Shown here: one piece after another, positions 6,768-14,782 of the stretch
Numbering within the stretch: the stretch's first letter is position 1
Layout: each line of letters opens with the position of its first letter
Origin: a virus
IMG/VR virus record: IMGVR_UViG_3300010388_000223
Location: 1-30,986 of that record
Direction: 5' to 3' (one strand)
Length of the DNA stretch: 30,986 nt
Position numbers and translations under genes: made by a program
Notes under the pieces: model-generated
What the model saw: the letters and a program-made list of their open reading frames with translations, nothing else
The model's database searches: none
What the model was told of the DNA's origin: nothing

Positions 6768-6994
6768 TGGCTGATTGGCATAGTAAGGCTTTATGCGCTG
6801 AGATTGGTTCTGATTTATGGTTTGCGGATTCTACGCATACGGCTGAGAATAAGCGTGCTAAACAGATTTGTTTTGAGTGTCCTGTTCGTGTGGAGTGTTT
6901 GGAGGATGCTTTGCGTGGGAATATTCAGTTTGGTGTGTGGGGTGGTTTGACGCCCCAAGAACGTAGAAGTTTAAAAAGAAAGCAAAAAAGGTAA
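6767..6994 (+). CDS. whiB: WhiB-family Fe-S transcription factor
   Basis: Four Cys (C-Xn-CFEC-X5-C), GVWGG turn, basic tail RRSLKRKQKR. GTG 6767 (SD aagaagggg) is preferred; ATG 6734 is an alternative start. Confidence 0.85.
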   Translation: MADWHSKALCAEIGSDLWFADSTHTAENKRAKQICFECPVRVECLEDALRGNIQFGVWGGLTPQERRSLKRKQKR

Positions 6995-7635
6995 TGGCAC
7001 TAAATGGGTACGAGGTGCATCCAATATCTAATAAATATGCTTTAGATATGGTGATTGAGAATCACTACTTGCATAGGTCTGCCCCTGCCATGTTTAGCTT
7101 TGGCTTATTTGATGAAATGATGTTGATGGTTGGTTGCATTATTTATGGGAAGCCTGCTTCTCCTTCTTTGTGCCGTGGCGTTTGTGGGCCTGATGAGTCT
7201 GATTATGTTATTGAGCTAACTAGATTGTGGATAGCTGATATAACTCCTAGAAATGCTGAGTCTTTTCTTATTGGTGCGTCTTTGAAAATGTTGCCTAAAG
7301 AGTATGACATTGTTGTTTCTTACGCTGAGATTGGCGCTGGCCATGTTGGTATGGTTTATCAGGCTACTAACTGGATTTATACGGGGCTTTCTGATGCTCA
7401 TGTTGAGTGGCGGTTGGATGGTGATTCTAGTAAGCATTCTCGTCATTTGTTTGATGAGCATGGTGGTGTTGATGGTGCTAAGGCTTTTTATGGTGACAGG
7501 CTTGAACGGCATGAGCGTGGGCGTAAGCACCGTTATGTAATGTTTAGGGGGTCTAAGTTTCGTAGGCGTGAGCTGTTGGGCAAGTTACGTTATGAGGTTC
7601 GTGAGTATCCTAAGGTGTTTGAAAAAGTTTTTTGA
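6994..7635 (+). CDS. Mom-like GNAT-fold protein (candidate DNA base-modification enzyme)
   Basis: Motifs ENHYLHRSAP, GCIIYGKP, VIELTRLWI, VVSYAEIGAGHVGMVYQATNWIYTG, recalled as typical of the Mom (adenine methylcarbamoylation) family. From memory, not searched. Confidence 0.45.
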   Translation: MALNGYEVHPISNKYALDMVIENHYLHRSAPAMFSFGLFDEMMLMVGCIIYGKPASPSLCRGVCGPDESDYVIELTRLWIADITPRNAESFLIGASLKMLPKEYDIVVSYAEIGAGHVGMVYQATNWIYTGLSDAHVEWRLDGDSSKHSRHLFDEHGGVDGAKAFYGDRLERHERGRKHRYVMFRGSKFRRRELLGKLRYEVREYPKVFEKVF

Positions 7636-7654
7636 AAAATTTTTGGAAATAGTG

Positions 7655-7682
7655 TTGACATGGGTTGTACCTGTGATACTGT
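7655..7682 (+). promoter_or_regulatory. Second rightward early/middle promoter: TTGACA-N16 (with TGn)-TACTGT; duplicate of the leftward promoter cassette
   Basis: aaatagtgTTGACAtgggttgtacctgTGaTACTGTatatacataagcaa, followed by a GGGC-loop-GCCC hairpin and aaggaaaGGAAAcaaaATG. Confidence 0.7.
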
Positions 7683-7725
7683 ATATACATAAGCAAGGGC
7701 ACAAGCCCGAAGGAAAGGAAACAAA

Positions 7726-7905
7726 ATGAACAACACAGAAACATTCGTAATAATTGACCGCAAGACATACGAAATTGAAACTCCAGAATTTGCAACCATC
7801 AAAGAGGTTGTTGCTTTCGCAAATGAAAACCTCATTTACAACTGGTTTGACCACTCACAAATTGCTATTGTTAGCGAGCTTAAGCAATTCGGACTTTGGA
7901 AGTAA
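7726..7905 (+). CDS. Small hypothetical protein (59 aa)
   Basis: Hand translation: MNNTETFVIIDRKTYEIETPEFATIKEVVAFANENLIYNWFDHSQIAIVSELKQFGLWK. Conserved leader/SD. It replaces the N-terminal part of track ORF 7754..8146. Confidence 0.7.
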   Translation: MNNTETFVIIDRKTYEIETPEFATIKEVVAFANENLIYNWFDHSQIAIVSELKQFGLWK

Positions 7906-7915
7906 AGGAAAACAA

Positions 7916-8146
7916 ATGGGCGCTATGAAAACTATTGATATTGAACTACAAGACATGGATATTGAAGTTGACTTTGATAACTATGACGACATCTTTGATT
8001 TAATCGTTGATGCCAGGCTAACTAACACTTTTCTTTCACCACTGCTGCTGTCGTATGTTGTGTCACGGTTGAATGATAGTGAGCGTTTGGGCAAATTGTA
8101 TGATTCTGTTGAGTTTTTTGAGGCGTTGGAGTGGCAGTATGTCTGA
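7916..8146 (+). CDS. Small acidic hypothetical protein (76 aa)
   Basis: Internal Met of track ORF 7754..8146, preceded by aaaGGAAAacaa. Confidence 0.65.
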   Translation: MGAMKTIDIELQDMDIEVDFDNYDDIFDLIVDARLTNTFLSPLLLSYVVSRLNDSERLGKLYDSVEFFEALEWQYV

Positions 8147-8222
8147 ACGGGAATGGTTTGAGTTTCGGCGTGCTGAGTGGGTGCGTTTAGTGGTTGCTGA
8201 TGTGAAGTCGAGGATGAAATGA
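8139..8222 (+). CDS. Tiny hypothetical protein (27 aa)
   Basis: ATG overlaps the upstream stop. Product MSEREWFEFRRAEWVRLVVADVKSRMK. It fills an otherwise non-coding gap in a coupled chain of genes. Confidence 0.35.
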   Translation: MSEREWFEFRRAEWVRLVVADVKSRMK

Positions 8223-8353
8223 ATACGCCGCTAAGGTCTGTGAGGGTTTCTGATGAGATTTGGAAGCCTGCTTTGGCTAAGGCTGAGGCTGAGGGTGTTC
8301 CTTTGACTTCTGTTATTGTGACGGCCCTAATCGAGTTTGTGCACTCAAAATGA
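8219..8353 (+). CDS. Ribbon-helix-helix (CopG/Arc-like) DNA-binding protein (44 aa)
   Basis: Hand translation: MNTPLRSVRVSDEIWKPALAKAEAEGVPLTSVIVTALIEFVHSK (beta strand plus two helices). ATGA overlaps on both sides. Confidence 0.6.
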   Translation: MNTPLRSVRVSDEIWKPALAKAEAEGVPLTSVIVTALIEFVHSK

Positions 8354-8964
8354 TTCTCGGAAAGTTTGATTGCTCAACTGGATTATCAAACACTCTTTAT
8401 GTGAATGGTGATTTGACAGTTAGAACAGCATTACCTCAAGACCAAAGTTTTATTGACAAGCTGCAAAAAGATAATTCTTATGCTGTTGGTTTTATTCAAA
8501 ACACTATCTGGGAAAAGTATGTGTTTGGTGGCGAACGTAATTTCATGGTTTTTATTTGTGAAAAGAATAATGACATGGTTGGTTATGTTTTGTTGACTCC
8601 TGGTAGGCGTGCTCATACTTATGCAAAGATTCAGCAGATTGCTGTTCGTGAGGATGCTAGGCGGCTTGATTACGGGTCTGCATTATTAGCTGTTGTTAGG
8701 GATTTTTGTAATACTTTTGACCGTATCGGTGTCACGTTGCGTTGCCGTATTGATTTGGAATCTAATAAGTTTTGGCAGGCTTTAGGGTTTGGCCTGTATG
8801 GTGTTTGGAAAAAGGGTGAAGTTAACCATGTTGGTTTTAAGGCTTCTAATGACATTAATTTGTGGCGTATTGATTTGAATGACAAGTTGCTTTTTTTGTT
8901 TGATGTGAATGAAACTGATACTGGTTTGCATGCTCATTCTGTTGTTAAAGCTAACCGTGATTGA
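8350..8964 (+). CDS. GNAT-family N-acetyltransferase
   Basis: Acetyl-CoA motif A: IQQIAVREDARRLDYGSALL. Downstream NKFWQALGF. Confidence 0.75.
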   Translation: MILGKFDCSTGLSNTLYVNGDLTVRTALPQDQSFIDKLQKDNSYAVGFIQNTIWEKYVFGGERNFMVFICEKNNDMVGYVLLTPGRRAHTYAKIQQIAVREDARRLDYGSALLAVVRDFCNTFDRIGVTLRCRIDLESNKFWQALGFGLYGVWKKGEVNHVGFKASNDINLWRIDLNDKLLFLFDVNETDTGLHAHSVVKANRD

Positions 8965-8975
8965 TTGGTGTGTAT

Positions 8976-9407
8976 ATGTCTATTGGGCGTAAATCTAAAT
9001 CTAACGTGGCTAAATCGCGCCCTATAGTGTTTAGGCGTGACGGGCGTGAATGTGTCGTTGCTGGACTGTTTGAAGCGTATAGGTGGCCTTGTGCAGGCGG
9101 TTTGACGGTACAACACCGGCGCGGTAGGGGTATGGGTGGTTCAGCGAACTGGGATGACCCTGAATGTCTCGTGTCTATGTGTGCGGCACATAATGTGTTA
9201 GAGACTGCTGATGCAGACTTTAAGAAGGTGTGCCTAAAGTTTGGGTGGAGTGTTCCACGCTGGGTGGCTGATCAGTATGCCATGAGCCGTATCCCTGTCA
9301 GATATGCTGATGGCTGGTTTTTGTTGTCTGGTGAGGGCAGGTATAGTATCAGTGACAACACTGCTCAGACACTCATAGAGGAAATCTATGGCACTCTATT
9401 TGAGTGA
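8976..9407 (+). CDS. HNH endonuclease-like protein
   Basis: RRDGRECVVAG...GGLTVQHRRGRGMGG...LVSMCAAHN. Confidence 0.6.
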   Translation: MSIGRKSKSNVAKSRPIVFRRDGRECVVAGLFEAYRWPCAGGLTVQHRRGRGMGGSANWDDPECLVSMCAAHNVLETADADFKKVCLKFGWSVPRWVADQYAMSRIPVRYADGWFLLSGEGRYSISDNTAQTLIEEIYGTLFE

Positions 9408-9412
9408 TACAA
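9404..9412 (+). promoter_or_regulatory. Extended -10 promoter-like box TGaTACAAT upstream of the replication genes
   Basis: Read directly in the 86-bp gap before 9494, followed by an imperfect hairpin ctagccgg...cctggctag. Confidence 0.4.
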
Positions 9413-9493
9413 TAGAGACATAATTTAAAACGGCCCTAGCCGGTTTGAGAGAACCTGGCTAGAGCCTAGAACTGACTGCGAAGGAGTCAACTC

Positions 9494-9736
9494 ATGGATA
9501 CAAGTCTATCTAATAACGCTGAGAAGCAACAAATTGCTTTACAATATCTCAGCATTTCAGCCCGTAAATTTACTGAAGCCAGGGGCGACTACAACGAGTC
9601 AATGCGGCAACTCAAAACGCTGCACAAATATCTAGACCTAGCTATCGAATACGGTTGTAGCAATAATCAGATGCGTATGGCGTTAGGATATTCGCCACAA
9701 CGGTTTAATGATTTGATGAATCAGGCAGGTCACTAA
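9494..9736 (+). CDS. Hypothetical protein, possible HTH DNA-binding
   Basis: SD gaaggag. 80 aa, helical. The C-terminal MRMALGYSPQRFNDLMNQ is HTH-like. Confidence 0.6.
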   Translation: MDTSLSNNAEKQQIALQYLSISARKFTEARGDYNESMRQLKTLHKYLDLAIEYGCSNNQMRMALGYSPQRFNDLMNQAGH

Positions 9737-10407
9737 TGCCTTGGTTTAAAGTAGATGACCGTTTCTGGTCGCATCCAGTAACTTCTGAACTTTCAGATTC
9801 AGCAACAGCGCTATGGATCAGAGCAGGCTCATGGAGTGCCTGCCACCTAACTGATGGTGTTATTCCTAAATCTAAACTGAAGGCTTTTGGCAGTCGCATG
9901 AGGGCTGCACAGGAGCTTGTTGATGCTGGTTTGTGGTCGTACTCAGCCACAACTGAGACATTTTCTATCCACAACTGGGCCAAATATCAGCCAGAAAAGG
10001 CTCAAGTTTTAAAGAAGCGTGAAGATACTAAAAACCGCGTAAATAAGCACAGAAGTGGCATTGGTAACGCTGTTACAGATGATGTTAGTAACACTGCTCC
10101 CGACCCGACCCGTACCCAACCCTTAGTAACTAAAGTTACTAATAACCGCGCTACGCGCATTGATGACAATTGGAATCTTGATGATGCACTCTTAGCATGG
10201 ACTAGAGAAACAGCACCAAACCTAAACATTGTTTTCGAACGTGAAAAGTTTGTTGACTACTGGTTGTCTAAATCAGGCAAGGATGCTACTAAAACTGATT
10301 GGGGCAGAACATGGAAAAACTGGGTGCGTGCCAACATTGAACGTAACCCGTCATTGACTATCACTGCTCAACCTATGAAGCGAAAGATCACCGGCTATGC
10401 TGACTAA
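9736..10407 (+). CDS. Putative replication initiator / helicase-loader-like protein
   Basis: N-terminus MPWFKVDDRFWSHP... and C-terminus REKFVDYWLSKSGKDATKTDWGRTWKNWVR are typical of phage replisome-organiser proteins. Directly upstream of and overlapping dnaB. Confidence 0.5.
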   Translation: MPWFKVDDRFWSHPVTSELSDSATALWIRAGSWSACHLTDGVIPKSKLKAFGSRMRAAQELVDAGLWSYSATTETFSIHNWAKYQPEKAQVLKKREDTKNRVNKHRSGIGNAVTDDVSNTAPDPTRTQPLVTKVTNNRATRIDDNWNLDDALLAWTRETAPNLNIVFEREKFVDYWLSKSGKDATKTDWGRTWKNWVRANIERNPSLTITAQPMKRKITGYAD

Positions 10408-11629
10408 CCAAAATGACGCTGAACTTGCAGTGCTGGGAGCTGTAATTGCTACAGCAGGTGATTGCCTAGACGACATATCTTTAACAGGTCAAGATTTTGC
10501 TAACCCTAAACTAGGTGACTTGTTTGACCTTATGCGCGGTATGCGTAATGAGCAGAAACATATTGACCTAGTTACGGTAATGGATGCTAAACCTTCTGAG
10601 CGTGCCCTGATTGCTACACTCACTGATCATGCGCCATTTGCTCATGCTGTTGAGTCTTATGCAGCTATTGTGACTACTCATTCTATGCGCCGTAAACTAT
10701 CGGCTGTAGCTTTAGGGTTGAACAGTATTGAGCCTTCTTTGTCTGTTGAGGACATGGCTGAATATGCTCGTAAGCTTGTTGATGATGCTGTTGGGGAACA
10801 TAAATCTAAGGTGAAGTTTGTTGCCGATTTTCTGCCAACTGTAATTGAGCGTTTGCAGTCTAAGGATTTGTTTGTTGAGACGCCGTGGAAGAAGCTTGAT
10901 TATGCTATTGGTGGTTTTCGCCCTGGCGCAGTGTATGTGATTGCTGCTCGACCTGGTGTTGGTAAGACTGTTGTTGCTGCTCAGATTGCGGTGGCGTTGT
11001 CTCAGCATGGTGTTGTTCCGTTTTCGTCGCTAGAGATGTCTGGTGAGGAGCTTGTGACTCGACTGGTATCTGAACGGTTGCAGATTAGTGTTGGCCATTT
11101 GAAAGATGCCCGTATGACTGACCGTGACTGGCAGTTATTGGATGATAAGCGTTCTCTTGTTGACGGCTTGCAGATTGCTATTGATGATAGGTCTGGTATT
11201 GGCCCTAGTGAGATTCGCTCGTTTGTGCGTACTGTGTCTCGTCATGGGAAACTTGCAGGGATTGTTGTTGACTATATGCAACTTATGACTTCTAAGAATA
11301 AGGTTGAACGTCATAATCAGGTGGCTGAGTTTAGCCGCCAGTTAAAGGTGATGGCTAAGGATTTTCAAGTTCCTGTCATTGCTTTGTCTCAGTTGAATAG
11401 GAATGTTGAGAATCGGGTTGAGGCTCATCCTCGTTTGTCTGATTTGCGTGAGTCTGGTGCTATTGAGCAGGATGCTGATGTAGTGATGTTGTTGCGCCGT
11501 GAGGGTTCTGATCCGCATGAGTCTTTGGTTATTGATGTTGCTAAGAATCGTCATGGTCAGACCGGTGAGGTTGAGTTGAGCTGGGACGGTATTTATTCTC
11601 GTGCTGTTGAATGGGATACAACATTTTGA
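10397..11629 (+). CDS. dnaB: DnaB-family replicative helicase
   Basis: Walker A ARPGVGKT, SLEMS, VVDYMQLM, LSQLNR, LRESGAIEQDADVV. Confidence 0.9.
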   Translation: MLTNQNDAELAVLGAVIATAGDCLDDISLTGQDFANPKLGDLFDLMRGMRNEQKHIDLVTVMDAKPSERALIATLTDHAPFAHAVESYAAIVTTHSMRRKLSAVALGLNSIEPSLSVEDMAEYARKLVDDAVGEHKSKVKFVADFLPTVIERLQSKDLFVETPWKKLDYAIGGFRPGAVYVIAARPGVGKTVVAAQIAVALSQHGVVPFSSLEMSGEELVTRLVSERLQISVGHLKDARMTDRDWQLLDDKRSLVDGLQIAIDDRSGIGPSEIRSFVRTVSRHGKLAGIVVDYMQLMTSKNKVERHNQVAEFSRQLKVMAKDFQVPVIALSQLNRNVENRVEAHPRLSDLRESGAIEQDADVVMLLRREGSDPHESLVIDVAKNRHGQTGEVELSWDGIYSRAVEWDTTF

Positions 11630-11859
11630 GCCGTATAGAAAACTTGATGGCTGCTGATGCGTTCTTTAACAAGAAAATAACTAAACGCTATATCAACCGT
11701 GTGGAGAAGGAACGCTTTACGCTACAGCCTAAAAAGGCTTATGACATTTTGTATCAGAAAAAGTATAAAAAAGTTTCAACAAAAGGTATACAGTTTGAAT
11801 CTTGGATGGTAGATTTAGCTAAACGAGTCTTAGAAGGGGAATCGTATGCAGAAAGATGA
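11611..11859 (+). CDS. Hypothetical basic protein
   Basis: Track ORF in an A-rich segment. Start uncertain (11611 or ATG about 11647). Confidence 0.5.
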   Translation: MGYNILSRIENLMAADAFFNKKITKRYINRVEKERFTLQPKKAYDILYQKKYKKVSTKGIQFESWMVDLAKRVLEGESYAER

Positions 11860-11992
11860 TGCTGAACGCATTGAGGCGTTGCTAATAATGTTGAATAAGA
11901 TTCTGTATGTCACAGGGCAACAGAACGCTGGGCACATGAGTGCTGAGGTTGCTATGGCAGAAATCACTGCCATAGTTATTGGAGAAAAATAG
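11846..11992 (+). CDS. Small hypothetical protein (48 aa)
   Basis: Hand translation: MQKDDAERIEALLIMLNKILYVTGQQNAGHMSAEVAMAEITAIVIGEK. SD gggga upstream. It fills the gap before ssb. Confidence 0.5.
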   Translation: MQKDDAERIEALLIMLNKILYVTGQQNAGHMSAEVAMAEITAIVIGEK

Positions 11993-12000
11993 GAGCTGTA

Positions 12001-12393
12001 ATGGCAAAGATAGAATCAATGATTGGTTTCGTTACTGAATGGAAGTATGGCAGTGATGACCCTAACCCTAAATGGGCTATGAAAGTTAGTGAACCTCATT
12101 CTAAAAAGGATGGCGAAAAGTGGGTTAAGGTTGGATCAACCAACTACACCATTAAAGCCGCTTACGGTGTAGATATTGATTTCACTAAGTTCGGAAAAAA
12201 TGACCGTGTAGAAGTTAAGGGCACTCAAGTTAGTGAATCTTGGGAGTCTGGAGACAAACGCGGCAAGAACCTTGTCATTAAAGCTACCTCTGTAGAGTTA
12301 TTGACTCGTGGCCAACATGAACACCGTAATGTTGGAACTTTTGACCGTACCCCTGATGGGTGGGTTGAGGTAGATTCTGAGCTTCCGTTCTAA
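12001..12393 (+). CDS. ssb: Single-stranded DNA-binding protein (OB fold with acidic C-terminal tip)
   Basis: SD aggag. The C-terminus ...VEVDSELPF mimics the SSB DDDIPF tail. Beta-rich core. Confidence 0.65.
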   Translation: MAKIESMIGFVTEWKYGSDDPNPKWAMKVSEPHSKKDGEKWVKVGSTNYTIKAAYGVDIDFTKFGKNDRVEVKGTQVSESWESGDKRGKNLVIKATSVELLTRGQHEHRNVGTFDRTPDGWVEVDSELPF

Positions 12394-12548
12394 TGAATCA
12401 GAAGATTAGTAACCTGCTTGTGCTTGTTCTGATAGTAGAGCTTATTCTGCTATCAGGGCAGGCCGAGCCTGTCACAGCAACCATAGGCTATATTTATGCA
12501 GTCTTGTTTGCTATCGCATTAACGGTTCAACTGTTGAAAGGGAAATAA
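12393..12548 (+). CDS. Small membrane protein (51 aa)
   Basis: TAATG coupling at both ends. Product MNQKISNLLVLVLIVELILLSGQAEPVTATIGYIYAVLFAIALTVQLLKGK. Confidence 0.55.
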   Translation: MNQKISNLLVLVLIVELILLSGQAEPVTATIGYIYAVLFAIALTVQLLKGK

Positions 12549-12802
12549 TGTTAGAGAACCTATCTTTTGAGAAGAAACTAAATAATTGCAAGGTTCGCAC
12601 ACTGATCGAGTCGCTCGATAAGAAAGATGCTGAACTGCTTAACGGCTATATTGCTGATGAGGAAAACTGGAGCGCATACACACTATCATTAGCTCTCAGT
12701 AAGCGCGGTGTTGCGCTAGATGATAAAGTTATTGCTAAGCACAGGAGCAAACTTTGCACCTGTGAGGAATATTATGCTAGAAAATCTAACTCCAGCAGCT
12801 AA
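12548..12802 (+). CDS. HTH DNA-binding protein
   Basis: CKVRTLIESLDKKDAELL...WSAYTLSLALSKRGVALDDKVIAKHRSKLCTC, a pattern common in actinophage HTH proteins. Confidence 0.55.
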   Translation: MLENLSFEKKLNNCKVRTLIESLDKKDAELLNGYIADEENWSAYTLSLALSKRGVALDDKVIAKHRSKLCTCEEYYARKSNSSS

Positions 12803-13922
12803 AGTATCTGCACCCTCAAACTTTCGACCAGGTGTCGAGTTTGACGGCACTGAAGGCACTGCAACAACTCCAGGCTATACGTCAGAGCCTCAAAACTTTG
12901 ACGAGTTCCTGATTGATGCAGGGTTTGATCCTGACACTATTGAAGTTGTTGGGAATATGCGCACTAGCCGTTGGCAGAAGTATGATGGCGAGTGGTTGAC
13001 TTCTTACCGTTTTCATTTCCGCAAGAAGGGTACACAGGTTGATTTGCCTGTGTTGATGTCTCAAGCGTTTAAGAAGGTAAAACTTAAACCTATTATTAAA
13101 AATAATGATAAAGCATTAGTAATTTTGTGGAGTGATTTGCAGGTTGGAAAGGTGGACTATCGCGGTAATAGTGAGACTCTTGTTGAGCGTGTCGCTATCA
13201 TGCAGCAACGGTTGACCAAGCTGATTCGTGAACAGAAACCTAGCAAGATACTGTTTTGCGACACTGGGGATGTTGTAGAAAACTTCTCTAACAAGGCTTC
13301 TATGGCACAACTCCAGTCCAATGATTTATCTATTATGGAGCAGGTTGATTTGGCTACCACATTTGCGTGGGAAACCCTGAAACAACTTCATGCACTCGTG
13401 CCAGATATAACCTATTTGAGTATTGGTTCTAATCACTGTCAGTGGCGTGTAAATGGTCAACAGGTAGGCAAGGCAACAGATGACTGGGGTATCTTTATAG
13501 GTCGCCAGTTAGCTAAACTGTCTGATGCTATGGGGTTAGGGATAAAGTTTATTGAACCTCAGCCACATGATGAATCGTTAGCATATGATGTGTTTGGTGA
13601 CGGCTTCCACATTCTCGGGCTAGTGCATGGGCATCAAGTCGCTAGACCTGAAGGGCTTGGTGACTGGTGGCGTAAACAGGCATTTGGTAAGCAGGCTGTT
13701 GCTGGAGCTACTATTCTTGCTCACGGCCATTTTCACCATTTGCGTGTGACTGAGCTGGGTTCTAATGATCGGGGTAATTCACGTTTCATAGTGATGGCTT
13801 CAACACTAGATAACGGCTCAGGCTGGTATCGTCTAAACTCGGGTGAGGATAGTGTGCCTGGGCTTGTGACATTCTTTTTGGAGAAGGATGTTGATTTTAC
13901 GGGTACTGTCTATAAGCTGTAG
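12774..13922 (+). CDS. Metallophosphoesterase (Mre11/SbcD-like nuclease fold)
   Basis: ILWSDLQVGK, CDTGDVVEN, GSNHCQW, GLVHGHQ, LAHGHFHH. Start taken at ATG 12774 (MLENLTPAAK). Confidence 0.7.
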   Translation: MLENLTPAAKVSAPSNFRPGVEFDGTEGTATTPGYTSEPQNFDEFLIDAGFDPDTIEVVGNMRTSRWQKYDGEWLTSYRFHFRKKGTQVDLPVLMSQAFKKVKLKPIIKNNDKALVILWSDLQVGKVDYRGNSETLVERVAIMQQRLTKLIREQKPSKILFCDTGDVVENFSNKASMAQLQSNDLSIMEQVDLATTFAWETLKQLHALVPDITYLSIGSNHCQWRVNGQQVGKATDDWGIFIGRQLAKLSDAMGLGIKFIEPQPHDESLAYDVFGDGFHILGLVHGHQVARPEGLGDWWRKQAFGKQAVAGATILAHGHFHHLRVTELGSNDRGNSRFIVMASTLDNGSGWYRLNSGEDSVPGLVTFFLEKDVDFTGTVYKL

Positions 13923-13945
13923 TTATGTTAGAGAGGGAAGAATAA

Positions 13946-14191
13946 ATGAGTGAAAGCAATATGCAAAAAATGCAAATTCCTTACACACCTACAACAGAAG
14001 AAGTACGCAACCTGTTCTCTTGGCACAACGATGAGGGGGAGATAGTCGCTAAGGGTGGCTTTGACCGTTGGCTTGCTGAAGTAAAAGCAGACGCTTTCAA
14101 TGAAGGTTATGTGGCTGGGAAAGCTATCGGTCTAAGCGATGGAATGAAACTGATTCAAAACATTCGCCACAGGAGAGAGGAAGCAGAATGA
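13946..14191 (+). CDS. FDRWLAE-motif paralog A
   Basis: SD gagggaag. YTPTTEEVR ... FDRWLAEVKADAF. Confidence 0.75.
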   Translation: MSESNMQKMQIPYTPTTEEVRNLFSWHNDEGEIVAKGGFDRWLAEVKADAFNEGYVAGKAIGLSDGMKLIQNIRHRREEAE

Positions 14192-14520
14192 GTGCTGACC
14201 CACAGACGGGATTGCCATCGCTAAATACTGAACAGCTCAGGTTTCTACACGTTGGAGACTTCCGTGGAACTAAGCGTGAGCAAGAAAAGGTTGCTGAGTT
14301 TGACCGTTGGCTTGCTGAAATAAAAGCCGATGCCTTCGCTCAAGGGCGCGACTCACAACGTGACCATGCTGAACACATGGAGCGTGAACGCATCATCAAG
14401 CTGCTTGAAGGCGCAGAGCGTGAAGCCAATACGGCCAAGCCAATCACCGGAGGCTCATACGGCTACTGGGAAGGTTTGAACAAGGCTATTGCGCTTATCA
14501 AGGGAGAGAACATTGAGTGA
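14188..14520 (+). CDS. FDRWLAE-motif paralog B
   Basis: ATGA coupling. EFDRWLAEIKADAF. Confidence 0.75.
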   Translation: MSADPQTGLPSLNTEQLRFLHVGDFRGTKREQEKVAEFDRWLAEIKADAFAQGRDSQRDHAEHMERERIIKLLEGAEREANTAKPITGGSYGYWEGLNKAIALIKGENIE

Positions 14521-14782
14521 AAGCAATATGCAAAAAATGCAAAATCCTTACACACCTACAACAGAAGAAGTACGCGCCAACTATCTTCCACCTAGGACAG
14601 AAATAGTTGACGCAGACGAGCAGTTTGACCGTTGGCTTGCTGAAGTAAAAGCACAAGCATGGGAAGAAGGGCAAATATCACTACTGAAATATATGGGAGT
14701 TCCCCTTTACCCATCTAAAAGCGATGAACCAAGGAACCCCAAACAGCCACTAAACCCTTACCGACAGGGAGAAGAACAGTGA
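14513..14782 (+). CDS. FDRWLAE-motif paralog C
   Basis: TTG 14513 is homologous to the ATG of paralog A (tTGAGTGAAAGCAATATGCAAAAAATGCAAA...), with SD gggagag. ATG 14528 is an alternative start. Confidence 0.7.
   Translation: MSESNMQKMQNPYTPTTEEVRANYLPPRTEIVDADEQFDRWLAEVKAQAWEEGQISLLKYMGVPLYPSKSDEPRNPKQPLNPYRQGEEQ

Noticed and set aside
7754-7915. N-terminal part of the 130-aa track ORF 7754..8146
   Set aside because: It overlaps the better-supported 59-aa gene 7726-7905, which has the conserved leader/SD. The real gene in this frame most likely starts at ATG 7916, after aaaGGAAAacaa.
3609-9736. Lysogeny module (integrase, CI/Cro-type repressor, excisionase) around the divergent promoters
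   Set aside because: No ORF has tyrosine or serine recombinase motifs or repressor-like size and HTH features. The divergent promoters flank small proteins and recombination genes instead, so the phage is provisionally treated as lytic.
10095-10125. Short repeat cccgacccgacccgtacccaaccc, considered as origin iterons
   Set aside because: It lies inside the initiator-like ORF and encodes a Pro/Thr-rich linker (APDPTRTQP). It is too short and irregular to call iterons without further evidence.
12548-12790. Both 12548 and 12774 genes start with MLENL(S/T), considered as a duplicated start module
   Set aside because: Only five codons are shared and they use different synonymous codons (atgttagagaaccta vs atgctagaaaatcta). 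This is most likely coincidence.
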